Shown here in pieces: positions 59,178 through 64,000 of a stretch of DNA of 64,000 bases. Position numbers and translations under genes: made by a program. The first letter of the stretch is position 1, and the number at the start of each line of letters is the position of its first letter. This stretch comes from an uncultured Candidatus Saccharibacteria bacterium. GTDB lineage: Bacteria; Patescibacteriota; Minisyncoccia; Phycocordibacterales; UBA5272. The stretch covers positions 12,047-76,046 of the forward strand of contig CAZUPO010000002.1 in assembly GCA_964621595.1 (NCBI GenBank), read 5' to 3'. The notes under the pieces are model-generated. The model saw only the letters and a list, made by a program, of their open reading frames with translations. It did no database searches and was not told where the DNA came from.

Positions 59178-59250
59178 TGCCCCCAGCAGGAATCGAACCT
59201 GCGACCGTTTGCTTAAAAGGCAACTGCTCTACCGACTGAGCTATAGGGGC
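59178..59250 (-). tRNA. tRNA-Lys (anticodon UUU)
   Basis: rc gives GCCCCTATAGCTCAGTCGGTAGAGCAGTTGCCTTTTAAGCAAACGGTCGCAGGTTCGATTCCTGCTGGGGGCA. 7-bp acceptor, D-arm GCTC/GAGC, anticodon loop CUUUUAA, T-arm GCAGG-TTCGATT-CCTGC. Confidence 0.85.
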
Positions 59251-59546
59251 ATTCATTAGTGTTTTGAAAAGATGCTATACAAAATTTTTTGCATACTGCT
59301 TTTCTCAATAATGTTTCACTATCCTATCACAAAAGACAATATTTTTCTAGTAATGGAAGGGCTATTGTGAGAGGGTGCTCGTCCCAAAAGTTTTGAGAGT
59401 TCCGTCTGCGTTTAGTCCAACATACGGCCGACTAGCATCATCACGAAGTGGTCCACCAGTTATATACCAAAGAATCCACACTGCCCAAAATATAAGAAAG
59501 ATTTTAAAGAGGGTCCACATATGTAGAAGTATAGCAAAAAAGTTTA

Positions 59547-60467
59547 CTATTTTTGACAGGTAGTACAAAAATGTGCGCTGCGACCACCGACTGTTTTCTT
59601 ATGAATTATTCCAGAACAATCTTTTTTGGTACAAGGTTGTTTTGTTCTAAGATAAACGTTGTGGTTGTGGTGGAATGCTCCGCGCTCCCCAGATACGTTT
59701 CGGTAGTCACTTGTACTATCTCCACCAAAATCAATTCCCTTCGAGAGAACTTTTTTCATGGCAGCATATAAAAGAGGCCACTCTGAATCACGAACTTTTT
59801 TGGGTATTCGTGTAGGTAAAATGTGGGCAAGGTGAAGCATTTCATCTGAGTAAATATTTCCAATCCCGGCAATTATTTTTTGATCCATGAGAACAGTTTT
59901 TATCGCGCGCGCCGGGGAGAGGAGTACACGTTCTCGAAATTTCTCGAGCGTGAAGTTTTTTTCCAACGGCTCTGGACCCAAATGTGAAAATCGCCCAGTT
60001 TCTAGAGAAGACGTTCTTTCTACTACAATGGTGCCAAACTTGCGTGAGTCACAAAATACCAGGTGGTTGTTATTTGAAAGTGTAAACACAACATGAATGT
60101 GTCGATTGTATGGATCAGAAAGAGCGGAATTTTTTTGCTTGGGAATCCACGCCCACTCTTTCCCGTTGTAGTGTTCATTATGTACGTAACTACCGTACAT
60201 AAGGTGACCGGTCATTTTCATGTGTATGATCACCGTGCAACCATTTTCTAAATCGATAAGGATATGTTTTGCGCGACGACGAACACGAAGAATTTTTGTT
60301 CCGAGAGCGTACTTTTTAAAATATGAAAAATATCCTCGATCCTTGATGGTGTTCTTTGCGAGTTTGGAGGTGCTCCACATGTCGGACCACACATCCACAA
60401 ACCTTTTTCCAGGTAGGATTTTTTGTAGTCCAGTGACTGTTGTATGAACTTCTGGTAATTCTGGCAT
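59547..60467 (-). CDS. fpg: Formamidopyrimidine-DNA glycosylase (Fpg/Nei family)
   Basis: N-terminal MPELPEV catalytic motif (start chosen there). C-terminal zinc finger CTKKDCSG...CTTCQK. Confidence 0.85.
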   Translation of the reverse strand: MPELPEVHTTVTGLQKILPGKRFVDVWSDMWSTSKLAKNTIKDRGYFSYFKKYALGTKILRVRRRAKHILIDLENGCTVIIHMKMTGHLMYGSYVHNEHYNGKEWAWIPKQKNSALSDPYNRHIHVVFTLSNNNHLVFCDSRKFGTIVVERTSSLETGRFSHLGPEPLEKNFTLEKFRERVLLSPARAIKTVLMDQKIIAGIGNIYSDEMLHLAHILPTRIPKKVRDSEWPLLYAAMKKVLSKGIDFGGDSTSDYRNVSGERGAFHHNHNVYLRTKQPCTKKDCSGIIHKKTVGGRSAHFCTTCQK

Positions 60468-60590
60468 AGGTATCTTGTAGAGTATAGAAAAAGATAGAAA
60501 TTCGCAATGGTTACATTTATCACACTTTCTGGTAGTATGGTACCTGAATCCCAGTATTTTAGGGAAAAACCAGTCAACCGAGGAGATACC

Positions 60591-61268
60591 ATGAAACACG
60601 TCGGAGGCGGCGAGCGGCGCCGCAACAGAAAGATCACGGCGCAGATCCGCCGCGCGATCAAGAACGGCTTCACGTACTACGCAAGGACGGTGTGCGGGCG
60701 CCCGCGAAGAATCCCGAGCGAAGTAACCGCACCTGCGAATCCTGCACCGGTGGCAAAGGTCGCGGAGGAAGACAATTCCTACCTCCAGATCAAGCTTGCG
60801 GATATCCGGGTGGGCGCCGAGCTCTACAGTTGGGAACTGCTTCGGATGTCTGCGGCAGGGATCAACACGCTCGGGGATCTCTATGCGGTCGGCTTCTCTG
60901 GTTTCCTCGCAACACCGAATCTCGAGAAGGGGACCATTCTGAAGATCGGCGGGTGGTTGCGGGTAAACCGGTACCCGATGATTCCCGAGATGGGAAATGG
61001 GTTACGGTTGGAATTCACGAAGTTCAGCGTCACGCCGGTGACCAGTCTTCCCCTTCGGCAGATGACGATGAATTCCTTCGAGCGGGCTAGCATCAGGACA
61101 CTCGGGGAGGTCTATCGTCTGGGCTTCTCGGGGCTGAAGCACGTCCTCGGTCGCCATGGATTTGGTGCCAAGAGGAAGGAAGACATCATCCAGGCGCTCC
61201 AGAACATCGGGGCTCCGCCGCTCAACGAGATGGGCCACAACGAAGACTGGGCTCCGAAAGGAGGATAG
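60591..61268 (+). CDS. GC-rich protein with two tandem RNA polymerase alpha C-terminal-domain (alphaCTD)-like helix-hairpin-helix modules
   Basis: SD GAGGAGA before ATG 60591. Repeats AAGINTLGDLYAVGFSGFLATPNLEKGTILKIGGWL and RASIRTLGEVYRLGFSGLKHVLGRHGFGAKRKEDIIQALQNIG resemble alphaCTD (ANCLKAEAIHYIGDL...[20 protein letters not shown]). Basic N-terminus. Confidence 0.55.
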   Translation: MKHVGGGERRRNRKITAQIRRAIKNGFTYYARTVCGRPRRIPSEVTAPANPAPVAKVAEEDNSYLQIKLADIRVGAELYSWELLRMSAAGINTLGDLYAVGFSGFLATPNLEKGTILKIGGWLRVNRYPMIPEMGNGLRLEFTKFSVTPVTSLPLRQMTMNSFERASIRTLGEVYRLGFSGLKHVLGRHGFGAKRKEDIIQALQNIGAPPLNEMGHNEDWAPKGG

Positions 61269-61281
61269 AAGGAGACCAGGA

Positions 61282-61309
61282 AAGGGGTCGCGCGTAAGCG
61301 CGACCCCTT
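61282..61309. terminator. Perfect 12-bp stem hairpin between convergent genes
   Basis: AAGGGGTCGCGC-GTAA-GCGCGACCCCTT. Weak T-tract. Confidence 0.5.
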
Positions 61310-61314
61310 AACAT

Positions 61315-62583
61315 TTATACACCCGCGCGCAGTTTTTCTAATTCTTCTCGTACGACCTGAGCATCATCCCAAGGAATTTTCTTTCCCTGTTCTACCATTA
61401 TGTACGGATCAGTACCTTTACCAGTTATAAGTATTGTGTCCCCGGCATGCGCTCGTCTAAGAGCGTGAGCAATTGCCTCTCGACGATCGAGAATGATGGT
61501 TGGATTATGTCGGGTTACACCAGCGGCCACCTCACGGATTATTTTCTCAGGATCCTCATCGTACGGATCTTCGTTGGTTATAATTATTTCATCGCAATAT
61601 TCATCCGCAATACTTCCAAGTACGGGTCGTTTCCAGGAGTCACGCCCACCGCCTGTGGATCCAAGCACACCAATCTTTCGTGATGAGGGAAATGTTTCAT
61701 ACAACTTACGCAAACTGTCGTCAGTATGAGCGTAATCAACAATAACGGTAAAATTTTGCCCCACCTCGACCCTCTCCACACGACCTCGGATAAGCGAGAG
61801 GGATTCGATACCAGCCTTTGACTGTTCTACAGAAATTCCAAACGCTTCAGCGAGCTTGATCGCGGCAAGTGCATTTAGTATGTTGAACTTTCCTGGTAGA
61901 GGAATAGTAATCTGTACACCGCGGTATTCGATCATGCTACTAGTTTGTGTTTCAAACACGATACGTACATCCTTAAGAGAGTACCCAATATTTTTTTCTA
62001 TAGCGTAGATAAGAAATGAATGACCGTGTTTGTTGTCTACATTTGCGACTGCCACACGTAAAGGCTTTTGGCTTTTTGCGAGTTGCTTCGCAAGTTTGAG
62101 TTTGGCGTTTTTATAATTTTCAAAAGACCCATGACTTTCTATGTGTTCTGGAGAAAGGTTGGTGAAAACAAGAGCGTCCATGTCGATCCCTACATGTCGA
62201 GAAAAGCGCGCCCCCTCAGAGGTCATCTCAATAATTGCTACATGACAGCCAGCATCGAGCGCTTCCCGTAAGAATTTTTGAGTAAAAAACCTCCCAGGCA
62301 TTGTCATCTTGTATTTATTTGGTTGAGTACGTTCTCCAACTTTGAAACGAATGGTTGAAAGAATTGCCGTCCTGTATCCAGCCGCCTCAAATACCGCGTT
62401 TACAAACTCAACTGTCGAGGATTTTCCTTTTGTTCCGGTAACACCCACTACCAGTATTTTTCGAGAAGGTTTTCTGTAGAGAAGGGTTCCTGTGCAAGCG
62501 AGTATGTAGTGATAGAGAGGTTGGAGAGCCTTGTACACCTTCCTCGGAACTATTTTTTCTACGCTTCGCAAAAGTGTTTCCAT
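61315..62583 (-). CDS. Mur ligase family protein (MurE-like; lacks typical N-terminal domain)
   Basis: GVTGTKGKSST P-loop, NLSPEHIESHG, DYAHTDDSL and ITGKGTDPY motifs. Confidence 0.75.
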   Translation of the reverse strand: METLLRSVEKIVPRKVYKALQPLYHYILACTGTLLYRKPSRKILVVGVTGTKGKSSTVEFVNAVFEAAGYRTAILSTIRFKVGERTQPNKYKMTMPGRFFTQKFLREALDAGCHVAIIEMTSEGARFSRHVGIDMDALVFTNLSPEHIESHGSFENYKNAKLKLAKQLAKSQKPLRVAVANVDNKHGHSFLIYAIEKNIGYSLKDVRIVFETQTSSMIEYRGVQITIPLPGKFNILNALAAIKLAEAFGISVEQSKAGIESLSLIRGRVERVEVGQNFTVIVDYAHTDDSLRKLYETFPSSRKIGVLGSTGGGRDSWKRPVLGSIADEYCDEIIITNEDPYDEDPEKIIREVAAGVTRHNPTIILDRREAIAHALRRAHAGDTILITGKGTDPYIMVEQGKKIPWDDAQVVREELEKLRAGV

Positions 62584-62589
62584 ACGTGT

Positions 62590-63150
62590 TTATTGTAAAA
62601 GAGAAAGAGCCTCCTTTAAAAGAACGTTAGTTGTCTTTTTTTCAGTAGATAATTTTTGAAGGGTTGTGTGTATTTCTTTCGGAGAGTAGCCAAGTGCTTC
62701 GAGTGCAAGACGGACCTCGAAGGTGTTGTCGTCTTCTTCCTTTCCGAGAAGGTGATTTAATTTCCCCTTGAGTTCAATAATAATTTTTTCCGCAGTTTTC
62801 TTTCCGATGCCCGGGGTATGTGAAAGCGAGTCCGCGTCAGCATGTTCTACTGCCTGAGCAATCGATGACGGAGAATGCACGGAGAGCATGGCAAGAGCAG
62901 ACTTGGGGCCGATACCGGATACGCTTGTTAATTTTTCGAACAAGAAAAGTTCAAGCTCGTCCCTGAATCCAAAGAGAGTGATCTGATCTTCTCGTACATG
63001 TGTATGAATATATAGTTGTATAGGAGAGCCCTCTGTGGAGGAGAGTGTCACAGGCAGGGGGCACAAGACACGATAGCCAACACCCTGCACCGAAACAATG
63101 AGAGAATTATCTTTAATGGTGAGTACTGTTCCAGTAAGGTGACCGATCAT
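62590..63150 (-). CDS. ruvA: Holliday junction DNA helicase RuvA
   Basis: Start taken at MIGHLTGTVLTIKDNSLIVSVQGVGYRV (RuvA domain I). HhH domain GIGPKSALAML. Encoded apart from ruvB/ruvC. Confidence 0.85.
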   Translation of the reverse strand: MIGHLTGTVLTIKDNSLIVSVQGVGYRVLCPLPVTLSSTEGSPIQLYIHTHVREDQITLFGFRDELELFLFEKLTSVSGIGPKSALAMLSVHSPSSIAQAVEHADADSLSHTPGIGKKTAEKIIIELKGKLNHLLGKEEDDNTFEVRLALEALGYSPKEIHTTLQKLSTEKKTTNVLLKEALSLLQ

Positions 63151-63366
63151 AGAGAGTTGGGCGATCTGTAGCATTACTAGTGTTGTCGTTTTGAAACACG
63201 AGTAAAGAGATACAAATTCACCTATGGTTATAAAGTATATCACGGGCACTCACCCGCTTGCCCGAGCGCATTTTTTATGTTACTATAGAAGTATATTTAC
63301 ATTAGATTCTGTCTGGTCTAGGCAGGGTCAATCACTGAATTATCAATAATACTCAATCGAATTTTT

Positions 63367-63636
63367 ATGGCTATTACAAGAAATGCAAAACGAGCAATAC
63401 GAGTTAGTGATCGAAAACGAGTTACTAATGACAAACTTCGTCGAACCATGCGCGAAGCGGTGAAGATTGTTCGCAAAGATGTTGCCGGTAAGGACAAGAA
63501 GGCTATCAAGACCGACCTCTCGCTTGCGTTTAAGGCACTCGATAAGGCTGTAAAGCACGGAACTATCAAGAAAGGACAAGCAAATCGTAAGAAATCACGT
63601 CTAGCAAAAGCAGTTGCAAAGATGGAAACAAAGTAA
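63367..63636 (+). CDS. rpsT: 30S ribosomal protein S20
   Basis: MAITRNAKRAIRVSDRKRVTNDKLRRTMREAVK... typical S20. 89 aa. Confidence 0.9.
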   Translation: MAITRNAKRAIRVSDRKRVTNDKLRRTMREAVKIVRKDVAGKDKKAIKTDLSLAFKALDKAVKHGTIKKGQANRKKSRLAKAVAKMETK

Positions 63637-63637
63637 C

Positions 63638-63667
63638 AAAAGCCCCCAAGAGGGGCTTTTGTTTTAA
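63638..63667 (+). terminator. Rho-independent terminator of rpsT
   Basis: AAAAGCCCC-CAAGA-GGGGCTTTT followed by GTTTT. Confidence 0.7.
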
Positions 63668-63744
63668 TTGCACCCTTGATAACCTTGGCTACAAAACTAG
63701 ACTGTTTTACTGGAGGTAGTTTTGCAACCATTTAGGTTTTTAAA

Positions 63745-63840
63745 AATGGAACCGCCTCTCGCATTGCTATGCTCGAGACCCGCACTCGCTCTTCGCGAGT
63801 TGCGGCCCTTGGTTCGATTCCTTCCTCAATCAGTCCAGTA
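63745..63840 (+). other. Possible small structured RNA or tRNA-derived fragment carrying a T-loop-like GGTTCGATTCC motif
   Basis: Long bulged hairpin CCGCACTCGC...GCGAGTTGCGG at 63781-63807. GGTTCGATTCC at 63811-63821 without pairing T-stem or acceptor. Followed by the strong terminator at 63846. Confidence 0.2.
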
Positions 63841-63845
63841 AAAAT

Positions 63846-63886
63846 AAAGTAGTCCTCCGAATTTTGGAGGACTACTTTATTTTTAT
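63846..63886. terminator. Bidirectional rho-independent terminator
   Basis: AAAGTAGTCCTCC-GAATTTT-GGAGGACTACTTT, 13-bp stem, flanked by T-runs on both strands. Ends the minus-strand tRNA-Arg transcript and any + strand RNA upstream. Confidence 0.7.
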
Positions 63887-63887
63887 G

Positions 63888-63959
63888 TGCTCTCGGCAGG
63901 AATCGAACCTACATCGCAAGTACCGCAAACTCGCATTCTATCCATTGAACTACGAGAGC
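63888..63959 (-). tRNA. tRNA-Arg (anticodon GCG as read from the fold)
   Basis: rc gives GCTCTCGTAGTTCAATGGATAGAATGCGAGTTTGCGGTACTTGCGATGTAGGTTCGATTCCTGCCGAGAGCA. 7-bp acceptor GCTCTCG/CGAGAGC, anticodon stem CGAGT/ACTTG, loop UUGCGGU, T-loop TTCGATT. Confidence 0.7.
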
Positions 63960-64000
63960 ATTTTGTTTTTGTTATAAAAACAGTATTTAGAATACTACAA

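Noticed and set aside
63780-63840. + strand tRNA suggested by GGTTCGATTCC
   Set aside because: The flanking 5-mers (CTTGG / CCTTC) cannot pair as a T-stem, and no acceptor stem is present. It is kept only as a low-confidence ncRNA or fragment note.

Overview
The window reads as a chromosomal segment from an AT-rich bacterium, roughly 40% GC by eye (not computed). Most host genes have no recognisable Shine-Dalgarno (SD) sequence, and proteins are small. This fits a Candidate Phyla Radiation (CPR)/Patescibacteria-like genome, but that assignment is inference only.

The host backbone is ordinary core machinery. It includes nusA (partial), a MacAB-like ABC efflux operon, tpiA-pgk, an ECF sigma factor, xth, uppS, xerC/D, rpsO, comM, an M23/LysM peptidase, pcrA, rsmA, the origin-proximal block rpmH-rnpA-yidC / dnaA-dnaN, a class A PBP, tyrS, ruvC-ruvB, a PilB/GspE ATPase, tsaE-polA, fpg, a Mur ligase, ruvA, rpsT, and two tRNAs on the minus strand.

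Between about 24.7 and 38.1 kb is a type IV secretion (T4SS)-like cluster: large secreted proteins, a VirB6-like polytopic protein, a VirB3-like small membrane protein, a VirB4 ATPase split across two ORFs, and two peptidoglycan hydrolases (M15 peptidase and lytic transglycosylase). The two hydrolases share an identical 231-bp 5' module.

The most unusual signal is seven compositionally atypical cassettes, about 55-65% GC by eye. Each has its own near-consensus sigma70 promoter, a strong AAGGAGG-type SD at optimal spacing, and a GC-stem hairpin terminator. Approximate positions are 560-1365, 9990-11990, 13540-13890, 14900-15680, 49560-50410, 50470-51385 and 60500-61312. Their products are:
- a degenerate 2H-phosphoesterase-like protein
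- a 42-aa peptide, then hairpins, then a radical SAM enzyme and an orphan receiver domain
- an 81-aa Cys-rich protein
- a secreted 206-aa protein
- a SlyB-like glycine-zipper lipoprotein
- a membrane coiled-coil protein
- a protein with two tandem RNA-polymerase alpha-CTD-like domains

Also present are a 21-bp direct repeat of the tRNA-Lys 3' end 720 bp from the intact tRNA (a possible integration scar), and a putative oriC between dnaA and dnaN. No CRISPR array or rRNA was found.
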